This document shows, one piece after another, positions 50,445 to 59,913 of a DNA stretch of 64,000 bases (within the stretch, counting starts at the first letter, position 1; each line of letters starts with the position of its first letter). A program made the translations under genes and the position numbers. The stretch lies in contig JAGVGJ010000003.1 in the NCBI GenBank assembly GCA_020057115.1, forward strand, positions 13,379-77,378, in the 5' to 3' direction. The notes beneath the pieces were generated by a model, which worked only from the letters and a program-made list of their open reading frames with translations, had not been told where the DNA came from and searched no databases. This DNA is from Candidatus Omnitrophota bacterium. GTDB taxonomy: Bacteria > Omnitrophota > Gorgyraeia > 2-01-FULL-45-10.

Positions 50445-51653
50445 TTATTTATTCTTCAAAAAATGGCCCGTCAAGGCCGCGCCCGACTTGAACTTGACCT
50501 CGCTTGCGGCGCCATTCTTCTCGGTAAATGCTTCAAAACCATTCTGGCCTATGCCCTTACCGGCCATGACGAACGGAACGGGATCTGCAACGTGGGTCCT
50601 CACCTCTACCGGGGTTGCATGGTCCGGCAGGACCATGATACGGTACTCTTTCGAATTCTTCAGATACTGCCATACCGGCCCAACGACAAATTTATCGAAG
50701 TTCTCTATGGCCCTTATCTTCTCCCTCACCTCGCCGTTATGGCCTGCCTCGTCGGGCGCCTCCACATGGACGAATACGAAATCCTTATCCTTTAAAGCAT
50801 TGACGGCATATTCTCCCTTGCCCTGGTAATTCGTATCATAGTATCCTGTCGCGCCCGGAACGCTCACCACGTCAAGCCCTACGAGCTTTCCTATCCCATT
50901 CAGCAGGTCTACGGCCGAGATGACCGCTCCGGTAAGGCCGAACATGCCCTTGAATGTCGGCATGTTGGGATCTGTGCCCTGCCCCCAGAGCCATATCATG
51001 TTGGCAGGGTTCTCGCCCAGGTCGAGCCTGACCTTGTTTATCTCGTGCTTCTCCAGTAATTGGCGCGCCTTCTGCATGATATCGATGATACTATCGGCCT
51101 GTTTGCCCTTTGGCAGGTTCTTCGATATCGACTTGCCGGTTATGTCATGGGGCGGAACGCATACAGTCTTGACATAGTCTGTCGCCTCTTCATGCGACCT
51201 GGTCTTTATGATAAGAAGGTGGCGGTAGCTCTTGCCGGGGCAGAACCTGATCCTGTCGGAGCCGAGCTTCTCGTTAAGGAAATTGATGATAGTCGTCGCT
51301 TCTTTATCGTGGATGTGGCCTGCGCTGTAATCCGCAAGCGTGTCGTTGTTTGCGGTGATGAGGTTGCATCTGAAGGCAACATCACCTTCTGTCAGCGTCA
51401 CGCCGATATTGGCTGCCTCGAGCGGCCCCCTTCCGGTGTAATAGATCTTAGGGTCATATCCCATAACCGCAAGATTGGCAACATCGCTTGCCGCCTTCAT
51501 GCCGCGAGGTATCGTCTTTACGATGCCTACGGTGCCGGCCTTCGCTATCTCATTCATATTGGGTATCTTGGCGACTTCCAAAGGCGTCTTGCCATCCAAC
51601 TCTGCCATCGGCCAGTCAGCCATCCCATCGCCTAAAAGGATCGCATATTTCAT
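50445..51653 (-). CDS. ApgM-family (cofactor-independent phosphoglycerate mutase-like) protein; proposed homoserine kinase
   Basis: [15 protein letters not shown] metalloenzyme N-terminus; sits between lysC and thrC where thrB is expected (matches the TIGR02535 proposed-homoserine-kinase context). Confidence 0.7.
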   Translation of the reverse strand: MKYAILLGDGMADWPMAELDGKTPLEVAKIPNMNEIAKAGTVGIVKTIPRGMKAASDVANLAVMGYDPKIYYTGRGPLEAANIGVTLTEGDVAFRCNLITANNDTLADYSAGHIHDKEATTIINFLNEKLGSDRIRFCPGKSYRHLLIIKTRSHEEATDYVKTVCVPPHDITGKSISKNLPKGKQADSIIDIMQKARQLLEKHEINKVRLDLGENPANMIWLWGQGTDPNMPTFKGMFGLTGAVISAVDLLNGIGKLVGLDVVSVPGATGYYDTNYQGKGEYAVNALKDKDFVFVHVEAPDEAGHNGEVREKIRAIENFDKFVVGPVWQYLKNSKEYRIMVLPDHATPVEVRTHVADPVPFVMAGKGIGQNGFEAFTEKNGAASEVKFKSGAALTGHFLKNK

Positions 51654-52753
51654 ATCCCTATCTCCTTCAACACGGCATCAAGTTTCGCTTCTACTACAGC
51701 GGGCTTGGATACACTTGCTATCGCCCTGTCCGGGTCCTTCAACCCATGCCCGGTGAGAATGCAGACGATCTTAATTTTCCCGGACCCCGGACCCCCTGTC
51801 CCGAGCGAAGTCGAGGGATGGACCCTGGCCCCTTTAAAATATCCTTTTTTCGCGAGTTTCAACACGCCCGCCACGCTTGCCGCGCTTGCGGGTTCGACGA
51901 AGACACCTTCTTTTGCGGCAAGAAGTTTATAAGCGGCAAGTATCTCGTCATCGGTCACCATATCTATCAGGCCGCCTGATTCATCGCGTGCAGCCTCGGC
52001 CTGCTTCCAGCTCGCGGGATTGCCTATCTTTATCGCGGTCGCGATGGTATGAGGGTCTTTTACAGGATGCCCGAGCACGATGGGCGCCGCGCCCTCAGCC
52101 TGAAAACCGAGCATCTTCGGCAGTTTCGTCGCCTTCTTCGCGGCCTTATATTCTTTGTAACCCTTCCAGTATGCGGTGATGTTGCCTGCGTTGCCCACGG
52201 GGATGGCATGAAAATCCGGCGCATCCCCGAGAGAGTCGCATATCTCAAATGCCCCGGTCTTCTGCCCTTCTATCCTGTAAGGGTTGATGGAGTTCACCAA
52301 AGTTATAGGATATTTATCTGTTATCTCCCTCACCAGGTTGAGCGCATCGTCAAAATTACCCTTTACAGCTATGACTTTTGCGTTGTGTATCATCGCTTGG
52401 GAGAGTTTGCCCAGCGCGATCGCTCCTTCTGGGATGAGGACTACGCATTTTAAACCTGCCCTTGCGGAATACGCGGCGGCGGACGCGGAGGTGTTGCCTG
52501 TGGAAGCGCACATAACGAACTTCGAACCCTCTTCGATGGCCTTAGATATGGCCATGGTCATGCCTCTGTCCTTGAAAGAACCGGTTGGATTAAGCCCCTC
52601 GTATTTAAGATAGACCTCGACGCCTTCTCCGACGAGACTCGATACGTGGCAAGCATAGACCAGCGGCGTATTGCCTTCGTTAAGCGTCACCACCGGAGTC
52701 TTGTCGGTTACCGGTAAGAACTTCCTGTATTCCTCTATTACGCCCTTCCACAT
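51650..52753 (-). CDS. thrC: threonine synthase
   Basis: PLP lysine motif GSFKDRG; C-terminal GTGGPGSG insertion derives from a heptamer-repeat copy (51781-51835). Confidence 0.9.
   Translation of the reverse strand: MWKGVIEEYRKFLPVTDKTPVVTLNEGNTPLVYACHVSSLVGEGVEVYLKYEGLNPTGSFKDRGMTMAISKAIEEGSKFVMCASTGNTSASAAAYSARAGLKCVVLIPEGAIALGKLSQAMIHNAKVIAVKGNFDDALNLVREITDKYPITLVNSINPYRIEGQKTGAFEICDSLGDAPDFHAIPVGNAGNITAYWKGYKEYKAAKKATKLPKMLGFQAEGAAPIVLGHPVKDPHTIATAIKIGNPASWKQAEAARDESGGLIDMVTDDEILAAYKLLAAKEGVFVEPASAASVAGVLKLAKKGYFKGARVHPSTSLGTGGPGSGKIKIVCILTGHGLKDPDRAIASVSKPAVVEAKLDAVLKEIGI
51781..51835. repeat. heptamer repeat copy inside thrC 3' region
   Basis: cggaccccggaccccctgtccc...ggaccctggcccc. 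Confidence 0.55.
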
Positions 52754-52757
52754 AGAT

Positions 52758-54047
52758 TTATCCTTCGACCCTCACCCTCACCGACTTCTTCTTTATAACG
52801 CTTAGGGCGTTTATCTCTTTCAATGCCCTGGCCATGTCCCGCTCAAGCGCTTCATGGGTCATCATGACGATAGGCGCGATCTGGGACGAGCGCTTCTCTT
52901 TCTGGGTCACGGTCGCGATGCTTATATCGTATTTGCCGAGTATCCCCGATATTTTCGCAAGCACGCCTGGCTTATCGACGGCGGAGAATCTCATGTAATA
53001 CCTGGATCTCACGTCATTCATGTGCTTTAGGCCGGTGACGTCCTTCTTGAATATTATGCTATTTTCTATCTTGGCGTCCTCTTGAACGACCTTCGCTATA
53101 TCGACGATGTCAGCCACCACTGCGCTCGAAGTGGGCTCGGGACCTGCGCCGCGGCCGTAAAAAAGGTTGTCTCCCACCAGATCGCCCCTCACGAATATGG
53201 CGTTGTAAGCGCCGCCCACGCTCGCCAGCAGATGATCGACAGGTATCAGCGTCGGATGGACCCTGAGCTCGAGAGAGGTCCCTGACCTCTTCGCGATGGC
53301 GAGAAGTTTTATGGCATAACCGTGCTCTCTGGCATATTCTATGTCTACGGGTTCTATATCCGAGATACCTTCGGTATATATTTTTTTAGGCTTTACGTGG
53401 ACCCCGAACCCCAAAAGCGCCAATATCGAAAGCTTGTGGGCCGAATCTATGCCTTCTATGTCAAGGGACGGATCGTGCTCGGCATAGCCTTTCTTCTGTG
53501 CGAGCTCAAGCGCGTCGTCAAAGCTTAAGCCCCCTTCGGCCATGTTTGAAAGTATGAAATTGCTCGTCCCGTTTATTATCCCGTATATGAGCTCGATCTT
53601 ATTGGCTATGAAACCTTCGCGCAATGATTTTATTATGGGAATGCCGCCTCCGACCGACGCCTCGAAACCCACGAGAAGCCCCAGCCTGTTGGCGAGACCG
53701 AAGACATCGTCCCCGACTTCCGAGAGGAGCGCCTTGTTGGCCGTGACGACGTGTTTGCCCTGGCGCAAAGCCTCGAGAATTATATCCCTTGCGGGATATA
53801 CGCCGCCTACGAGCTCTACCACGATATCTATGTCAGGATCATACAGGACCTTGCCTATGGATTTGGTAAGGACCTTCTTCGAGACCTTCACGGGCCTCTT
53901 AGTAGAAATATCCTTGTCGCATATCTTGTCTATGACGATATCGACGCCTGTCCTATCGCGCAAAAAGGATCTCTTGGTCTTAAGCGCCTTCACAACTCCG
54001 CTGCCGATAGTGCCAAAGCCTATAAGCCCTACTTTGATCTTTTTCAT
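52758..54047 (-). CDS. hom: homoserine dehydrogenase
   Basis: Start trimmed to [17 protein letters not shown] (NAD-binding Rossmann); C-terminal ACT domain. ORF-track N-terminal extension overlaps tRNA-Pro and is not coding. Confidence 0.85.
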   Translation of the reverse strand: MKKIKVGLIGFGTIGSGVVKALKTKRSFLRDRTGVDIVIDKICDKDISTKRPVKVSKKVLTKSIGKVLYDPDIDIVVELVGGVYPARDIILEALRQGKHVVTANKALLSEVGDDVFGLANRLGLLVGFEASVGGGIPIIKSLREGFIANKIELIYGIINGTSNFILSNMAEGGLSFDDALELAQKKGYAEHDPSLDIEGIDSAHKLSILALLGFGVHVKPKKIYTEGISDIEPVDIEYAREHGYAIKLLAIAKRSGTSLELRVHPTLIPVDHLLASVGGAYNAIFVRGDLVGDNLFYGRGAGPEPTSSAVVADIVDIAKVVQEDAKIENSIIFKKDVTGLKHMNDVRSRYYMRFSAVDKPGVLAKISGILGKYDISIATVTQKEKRSSQIAPIVMMTHEALERDMARALKEINALSVIKKKSVRVRVEG

Positions 54048-54060
54048 ATCACGCCTTTTT

Positions 54061-54098
54061 TTCTTGGACCCTAGACCCTTGTCCCTGGACCCTAAAAA
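54061..54098. repeat. heptamer repeat copy between hom and tRNA-Pro
   Basis: cttggaccctagacccttgtccctggaccc. Confidence 0.55.
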
Positions 54099-54176
54099 TG
54101 GTCGGGGCGGGCGGATTCGAACCGCCGACCCCTTGCACCCCAAGCAAGTGCGCTTAGCCAGCTGCGCTACGCCCCG
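54099..54176 (-). tRNA. tRNA-Pro (anticodon GGG)
   Basis: Acceptor CGGGGCG/CGCCCCG, anticodon stem CUUGC/GCAAG, loop UUGGGGU, T-loop UUCGAAU, encoded CCA; TTGTAT-16-TATAAT promoter about 20 nt upstream. Confidence 0.8.
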
Positions 54177-54225
54177 AAATCAAAATAATATATTGGGTGA
54201 TATTATAACAAATTTGACATAATAT

Positions 54226-54262
54226 ACAATAAAAAAAGAGGCTCTTTTCCTGATAGAAAAGG
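54226..54262 (-). terminator. strong Rho-independent terminator (12-bp stem + U7)
   Basis: GAGGUCCUUUUC-UAUCAG-GAAAAGAGCCUC-UUUUUUUAUUG. Confidence 0.6.
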
Positions 54263-54460
54263 ACCTCATCCATTTAGTCCTGACGCGGCCTGGCACGATA
54301 GCGTTTCCTAAAAGAGCTTTGCCAAGCTTTAGGTAGCACTACCGTGCCGGTATTACAATTACCCCCTTACCCATCTTTGCTGCTTCTCTCGAGCGTCTAA
54401 TTTCGAGCGTCTTATTTTATCGATTAAGAAAGTTGTTTTAATGAACTTTCGTTTTTCTCG
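54226..54460 (-). ncRNA. candidate small RNA (about 235 nt), promoter-to-terminator unit without ORF
   Basis: Minus-strand TTGACA-17-TATATT promoter at 54466-54496 and terminator at 54226-54262; interior has no ORF over 11 codons. Confidence 0.3.
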
Positions 54461-54618
54461 TCTCAATTATAATATACCTTCAAATTCGTGTTTTGTCAAG
54501 GGGCAATATCAAGCTTTTTTATTGCCTAATTCTATATGCTCTAAAGCTTCGAATTATAGTGAATGGGCAAGGAAGACGCATATGTAGATTTTTAATGGAC
54601 TAATGTTATATTGTGCTA

Positions 54619-55626
54619 TTAGTAGGCGCTCTCTTCTTTTGGAGAGCGTGTCATGAGATCCTGGACTGCTTTTTTAGGATCCTTATTCTCATAAAGGACC
54701 TTGTATATCTCTGATGTAATGGGCATTTCGACTTTACATCTCTTCGCAAGCTCATATGCGGACTTCGTGGTCGCGACACCTTCAATGACCATCTCCGTCC
54801 CCTTCAGAATATCTTTAAGTTTCTTGCCCTTGCCTATCTCTTCTCCGAGCCACCTGTTGCGGCTGTATGAGCTCATGCATGTGGTCGCAAGGTCGCCGAG
54901 ACCGCTCAAACCGTAGAATGTTTCGCGCTTCGCGCCCATCGCGAGGCCGAGCCTGACTATCTCGACCAGGCCGCGCGTGAGAAGCGCCGCCTTGGCGTTA
55001 GTGCCGAAACCGAGCCCGTCGGAGGCGCCAGCCGCTATGGCTATTATGTTCTTTATAGAACCGCCGACCTCGACGCCGATAATATCATTATTCGTATATA
55101 CCCTGAAGCGGTCGGTCATGAATATCTCCTGGACCGCCTTAGCAAGCTCAAAGTCTGTGGAAGATGCTACGATAGTGGTGGGAACGCCGTTGGCCACTTC
55201 AAGCGCTATTGTGGGTCCGGAAAGCATAGCAAGCGGAATGTCACCGAGCACTTCGGTGATCAACTCCGACATGAGCTTCAGCGTGCCATTTTCTATCCCT
55301 TTGGTGACGCTGACAAATACCTTGCCCGAGAGGTCCTCCATCTTGATCATGGCGAGAACGCCTCTTAAGTATTGGGACGGCACAGCAAGGACGATGAGGT
55401 CGCTCTTCTTTACCGCCTCATCCATGGATGAAGTTATGCAGATATCCGGCGGTATCTTGACGCCGGGCAAAAATTTCACATTCTCCCTGTCGCGCTTCAG
55501 GATCTCGACGTAATCGGGAAATATGCCCCAGATCGTGACGCCGAAACCTTTCTTAGAAAGGAGTATCCCCAGCGTCGTCCCCCACCCCCCGTCTCCTATC
55601 ACAGCTATATTCTTTACCGGTTTCAT
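54619..55626 (-). CDS. gpsA: NAD(P)H-dependent glycerol-3-phosphate dehydrogenase
   Basis: IAVIGDGGWGT Rossmann N-terminus, 335 aa. Confidence 0.9.
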   Translation of the reverse strand: MKPVKNIAVIGDGGWGTTLGILLSKKGFGVTIWGIFPDYVEILKRDRENVKFLPGVKIPPDICITSSMDEAVKKSDLIVLAVPSQYLRGVLAMIKMEDLSGKVFVSVTKGIENGTLKLMSELITEVLGDIPLAMLSGPTIALEVANGVPTTIVASSTDFELAKAVQEIFMTDRFRVYTNNDIIGVEVGGSIKNIIAIAAGASDGLGFGTNAKAALLTRGLVEIVRLGLAMGAKRETFYGLSGLGDLATTCMSSYSRNRWLGEEIGKGKKLKDILKGTEMVIEGVATTKSAYELAKRCKVEMPITSEIYKVLYENKDPKKAVQDLMTRSPKEESAY

Positions 55627-55748
55627 AGTATCACTTTTATATCACACCTCTCCACCCGCGTCAAGGAATCCGTGACCATAGGCAGAATTTCCTTACTGCG
55701 AAGGCGGGCGGCCCTTCTGGGGTAGATCTGTCGCTTGACGTTCGCTCA

Positions 55749-55800
55749 CAAGATAGCAAGATAAGGCAAGATAAGGTAAGGCCAAGATAAGCAAGATAAG
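55749..55800. repeat. tandem 9-mer array (CAAGATAAG x about 5)
   Basis: caagatagcaagataaggcaagataaggtaaggccaagataagcaagataag. Confidence 0.7.
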
Positions 55801-56034
55801 GGACGTTTCTAAATCTGATCTTGGGACGTTTGTAAATTCCATCCTGCACCTGTCCCCTAACTTTTTAGTGGACTGGCGCGATTTTTAATTTTGGGACATG
55901 CGTAAGATGGATTTTAGAAATATTCCTATATCTGTTTATGCCTATATATTGTATCCCTCCTTCCCGGGGACAGGTGTGATCTTAAATTTGGGGACACATG
56001 CAGGATGGAATTTAGAAACGTCCCTAATTTTTGC
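55798..56034. repeat. cluster of four 35-bp GGGAC-N25-GTCCC palindromic units in mixed orientation
   Basis: Units at 55798-55815 (partial), 55821-55857, 55901-55936, 55989-56034; the second and fourth are near-exact inverted copies (gggacgtttgtaaattccatcctgcacctgtcccc versus rc gggacgtttctaaattccatcctgcatgtgtcccc). Confidence 0.7.
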
Positions 56035-56079
56035 CTCTGGACCCTTGACCCTGGACCCTTGACCCTCTATAATATCTGG
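56030..56079 (+). promoter_or_regulatory. heptamer repeat copy providing TTGACC-17-TATAAT promoter; dus mRNA apparently leaderless
   Basis: tggacccTTGACCctggacccttgaccctcTATAATatctggATG: -10 ends 8 nt before the ATG. Confidence 0.45.
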
Positions 56080-57045
56080 ATGCTGAAGATCGGCAACAAG
56101 AAGATCGAGACCAATATTTTCCTCGCGCCCTTATCCGGATGCTCGGACCTCGCGTTCAGGATGATAGCCAGGGAACATGGCGCAAAGTTCTGTTTCTTCG
56201 AGATGGTAGATTCGCACTCTATGATCTACAACCGCAAGAGGACCCTCTCGATACTAAAGACAGACGAGAAGGACAGGCCTATCGCGGGCCAGCTCCTGGG
56301 GCGCGATCCCTCCATAATGCTCGAGGCCGCGCTCAAGATGCTCGAACTGGTAGATATGCCATTTATAGACATCAACTGCGCATGTCCGGCGAAGAAGGTC
56401 ATAAAGAAGAAGGCCGGATCATATCTTCTGAAAGACACCGAAAGCCTTTATAAGGTAGTGAAGAAGCTCGCGTCATCCCTCCCCGTGCCTGTCACCGTAA
56501 AACTAAGGATCGGATTTGACAAGAAAGATGCCGGAGAGATAGCCGAGACCGCCAAAAGGTGCGAGTCGAGCGGCGCGGCCGCGATATTCGTCCACGGAAG
56601 GACGCGCGAACAAGGGTATAGAGGCGACATCGACCATGCTTCGATCAAGGCGATAAAAGACGCTGTGGGCATACCTGTCATCGGCGGCGGGAACATATTC
56701 TCGCCGGAGCTGGCCAAAAAGATGTTTACGGAAACCGGATGCGATGGTATATTTGTCGCAAGAGGCGCTTTCGGTAACCCGTGGATATTCAATGACATCG
56801 AGCGATATATTAAGACCGGAAGGCTGCCGTCTCCCGTAAGCGCCGAGACCAGAAAAGAGGTCCTAGAAAAGCACCTCTCTTATATCGAGACGTATAAGGA
56901 GATGCGGCCCGCTTCGCGGGTCAACTGCATGCGAAAAGCCGTCATCTGGTATGTAAAAAGCTTGCCTCACGCTTCAAGGATACGCGATACCGCATGCCGC
57001 GCGAGAAGTTATGAAGAGATGGTCGACATCGTCGACAAAATATAA
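56080..57045 (+). CDS. dus: tRNA-dihydrouridine synthase
   Basis: Start trimmed to MLKIGNKKIE; FMN-binding TIM barrel with catalytic Cys (INCACPAKKV). Confidence 0.85.
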   Translation: MLKIGNKKIETNIFLAPLSGCSDLAFRMIAREHGAKFCFFEMVDSHSMIYNRKRTLSILKTDEKDRPIAGQLLGRDPSIMLEAALKMLELVDMPFIDINCACPAKKVIKKKAGSYLLKDTESLYKVVKKLASSLPVPVTVKLRIGFDKKDAGEIAETAKRCESSGAAAIFVHGRTREQGYRGDIDHASIKAIKDAVGIPVIGGGNIFSPELAKKMFTETGCDGIFVARGAFGNPWIFNDIERYIKTGRLPSPVSAETRKEVLEKHLSYIETYKEMRPASRVNCMRKAVIWYVKSLPHASRIRDTACRARSYEEMVDIVDKI

Positions 57046-57059
57046 GGAGAGACATTGTA

Positions 57060-57389
57060 ATGCTTAAAGAACTGAAGTCAAAACTCCAACTTGAGGTAAG
57101 ACCGAATTCCAGGGAAGGCGAATATCTGGAGGCGGTGGTCAAGACGAATGACCTTGAAGCGTTGAACGCCATACTTGTAAAACATTTGGGGCACCCTGTC
57201 AAAAAGGGCGGAAAACATGCTGAGCTGACGGGCGAAGCAGGAAAAGTCGCCGGCATGATCGGAGGCATAAGGACCGAGCAGACATTCTACTGCAGCGACA
57301 AGGATGATGCCGTATATTACGCCGCGCTATGGCCGTGGGCATCGGATCCGCTGAGAATAACTTTAAAAGCAGGTATCCTAAAGAAGTAG
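57060..57389 (+). CDS. hypothetical protein (109 aa)
   Basis: ORF track; co-directional with dus. Confidence 0.4.
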   Translation: MLKELKSKLQLEVRPNSREGEYLEAVVKTNDLEALNAILVKHLGHPVKKGGKHAELTGEAGKVAGMIGGIRTEQTFYCSDKDDAVYYAALWPWASDPLRITLKAGILKK

Positions 57390-57390
57390 G

Positions 57391-57864
57391 CTATTTTAAA
57401 TACGCCTTTATTATCTTCTGTTCCTTCACCGGCTTATCCCCCGCTCCTACCGGAACAGACTCCAGCTTCTTGACTATGTCATAACCCGACGTGACCTCGC
57501 CGAATATGGTGTGGTGCATGCTGAGCCACGGCGTCTGGACTGTCGTGATGAAGAACTGGCTTCCGTTTGTGCCGGGCCCGGCGTTCGCCATGGCCAGAAG
57601 CCCCGTCTTATCGAAAGACACCTTGGGCGTGACCTCATCCGCGAAAGGCTTTCCCCATATGGAACTTCCGCCGCGGCCCGTGCCTGTAGGATCCCCGCCC
57701 TGTATCATGAAATCTTTTATGACCCTGTGGAATATGGTGCCGTTATAATAGCCCTTCTCTACGAGCGACGTAAAGTTCTCGCACGCCTTAGGCGCCACGT
57801 CGGGCTTGAGCGTAAGCTCTATATTGCCCTGGCTTGTCTCTAGAACTACTGTCTTCTTATCCAT
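57391..57864 (-). CDS. ppiB: peptidyl-prolyl cis-trans isomerase, cyclophilin type
   Basis: Start trimmed to MDKKTVVLE (AGAGGA RBS); [15 protein letters not shown] and [16 protein letters not shown]. Confidence 0.85.
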   Translation of the reverse strand: MDKKTVVLETSQGNIELTLKPDVAPKACENFTSLVEKGYYNGTIFHRVIKDFMIQGGDPTGTGRGGSSIWGKPFADEVTPKVSFDKTGLLAMANAGPGTNGSQFFITTVQTPWLSMHHTIFGEVTSGYDIVKKLESVPVGAGDKPVKEQKIIKAYLK

Positions 57865-57938
57865 CGCGTATCCTCTTTCTGTAAATGAGACTACAATAAA
57901 TATAGCAAATAAAAATATCGCAAGCCTGTTAAATGTCT

Positions 57939-58703
57939 TCAATTTGAGTTTACCCTCATCTTGTAAAGGTCCCCGTGCGTTCCCGTTATCCACATGCTCT
58001 CTCCGTCCCATGCTATCCCCGTAGCATCCGATACCGGGGATGTGAATACCCCGATGGCCTTCCAGGTGTCAATATCCACTTTATAGACGAGCTTGGAGAA
58101 CCAGCTCGTGATCCACAGATATTTGCCGTCCCATGCAAGCTGAGACGGTTCCTGTATGCATTTTATGAGGATGACCGAAAGCAGGCGCCCGTCGCGGTCG
58201 AGCTCCAGCAGGTGGAACTTCGTGCCCATCCCCCTTGTCCATGTTATCACATATACCCTCTCGCCCGTACAGATCACCCCTGCCGGATGGGAAGGCTCAA
58301 CGCTCATATCTTTAAGCGGCGTAAACCTGTCGCCGGAGAGCTTGGCGCGGTAGATCTTCATGGTGTCCCAGTCCGTAATATAATAAGTCCCGTCCCCGGC
58401 ATAAGATATCGCCTCTGTAAAAGTCCCGATCGAGCGTATGGTGGACTTCACCTTACCGTTTGAAATATCGACTATCCAGGTATGTCCCTTTTTGCCGTTA
58501 CTGACCCACATATCTTTTCCGTCGAAATAAAGCCCCTCGTGATATCCGCCCGGCAGGCGCACCTTCTGCAATACCTTTGCCTGTATCCACTGATATTCGT
58601 CCACCCTCTCAAGCGAAAGCGACGCCGGCTCCGCAAAAGATATGTCCGCGGCAAATGATATCAATAATAGCGCTGCGGCGATAATGCCTGGCATCTTCTT
58701 CAT
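57939..58703 (-). CDS. secreted beta-propeller protein, glutamine cyclotransferase-like
   Basis: Signal peptide; YHEGLYFDG...W repeated propeller blades similar to plant/bacterial QC family. Confidence 0.55.
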   Translation of the reverse strand: MKKMPGIIAAALLLISFAADISFAEPASLSLERVDEYQWIQAKVLQKVRLPGGYHEGLYFDGKDMWVSNGKKGHTWIVDISNGKVKSTIRSIGTFTEAISYAGDGTYYITDWDTMKIYRAKLSGDRFTPLKDMSVEPSHPAGVICTGERVYVITWTRGMGTKFHLLELDRDGRLLSVILIKCIQEPSQLAWDGKYLWITSWFSKLVYKVDIDTWKAIGVFTSPVSDATGIAWDGESMWITGTHGDLYKMRVNSN

Positions 58704-58717
58704 CGTGGCTTCCTGGT

Positions 58718-59839
58718 CTATTTGAATCCGCTCATTATTTCTGCATTTTCGAGGGCGACCGCCGCGCTAGCGGCAAGGCCGTGGAGCATGAACATGTCGA
58801 GGACGTCAAAGGGGTGCTTTTCGAGCTTGTTATATATCTCGAAACAGCCGAGGAGGACTCCCTTCCTGCTTATTATGGGCGCTGCGGCGACATTATAAAA
58901 ACTGACATCTCTGCGGACATCCTGAAGGACATGGGGATCGCGCGCGGCATCATTGGTATAATACGGCCTCATCGTCTCCGCCACCCATCCGGAGATGCCC
59001 TCGCCCCGCTCGAAAGAATACTTTACCGGGAAGACTTTGCCTTCTTTATTATATTCCGTGAAGACCATCTTCTTGTCAATGGACAACCCCGCCATGCCGC
59101 CCTCCGCGCCCACAAGCTCCATCGCCGAAGCAATGAGAATCCGCATGATGATCGGCACTTCCAGGACGGCATTTATGTGAACGCTCGTGCGCGAGAGGAC
59201 CTCAAGCTGGTAGTCGCGCCTAAGAAGAGCCTCTTCGGCTTTCTTGCGGTCGGTTACGTCGCGGATATATTCGATGACGCCGGCGATCCTGTTGGTGGCA
59301 GGATCTACGAGCGGATAACTATATATATCGAGCCATCCCGCATTCTCGCCTTTAGGGCCTATCTTCTGGACAATATCGTGGGCGGACTCGCCGGTCTGCA
59401 AAGTCTTGTATGTAGGGCATACTTCGCATATGGCCTTCCGCCCGTGGTATGCTTCATAGCATTTCTTTCCGACAAGAGGCATGGCGTGTTCATACCACTT
59501 CTCCATGGCCGGGTTGACGCGGATGATGTTCATGTTCTTGTCGAGGATGCTTATGCCGTCCTGGATGCTTGTAAATACGCTCGAGAGGAATGCTTCGTTC
59601 TTCTGGAGAGCCGCCTCTGCGCGCTTGCGCTCCTCGATCTCGAGGACCATCGGACGGAACAGGAACAGATATAATGCCGGAGAGAGCAGCGTGATGGACA
59701 TAAGGGCGTCGAGGAAGACGTTATATCTTACGCGTAAGAACGGTATAAAGATGAAGAGCGTTATGACCAGCGCTTCGCATATGATTATAGACAAAGTGAT
59801 CGTTACCAGGACCGATGTCGGGGATAGCCGCTTTACCAT
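58718..59839 (-). CDS. membrane-anchored PAS-GAF sensor protein without output domain
   Basis: Two TM helices, PAS (about aa 80-190), GAF (about aa 200-370). Confidence 0.65.
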   Translation of the reverse strand: MVKRLSPTSVLVTITLSIIICEALVITLFIFIPFLRVRYNVFLDALMSITLLSPALYLFLFRPMVLEIEERKRAEAALQKNEAFLSSVFTSIQDGISILDKNMNIIRVNPAMEKWYEHAMPLVGKKCYEAYHGRKAICEVCPTYKTLQTGESAHDIVQKIGPKGENAGWLDIYSYPLVDPATNRIAGVIEYIRDVTDRKKAEEALLRRDYQLEVLSRTSVHINAVLEVPIIMRILIASAMELVGAEGGMAGLSIDKKMVFTEYNKEGKVFPVKYSFERGEGISGWVAETMRPYYTNDAARDPHVLQDVRRDVSFYNVAAAPIISRKGVLLGCFEIYNKLEKHPFDVLDMFMLHGLAASAAVALENAEIMSGFK

Positions 59840-59913
59840 TAAATACCTTTACTTCCTTTCGTTATAATTTTATGGATATATTATATCATCACTTCCGGCA
59901 TAAGGCAAAAATT

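Noticed and set aside
52758-54143. 32-aa N-terminal extension of hom from the ORF track
   Set aside because: The extension overlaps tRNA-Pro and a repeat copy. The internal Met begins the NAD-binding GxGxxG fold, so start trimmed to 54047.
54622-54648. Hairpin GCGCTCTC-ttcttttg-GAGAGCG as gpsA terminator
   Set aside because: It lies inside the last codons of gpsA (encodes ...SPKEESAY); a terminator cannot act there.
55798-56034. CRISPR array
   Set aside because: Units occur in both orientations with unequal spacing (5, 45 and 53 bp) and no cas genes are nearby. Better explained as palindromic operator-like or mobile units.
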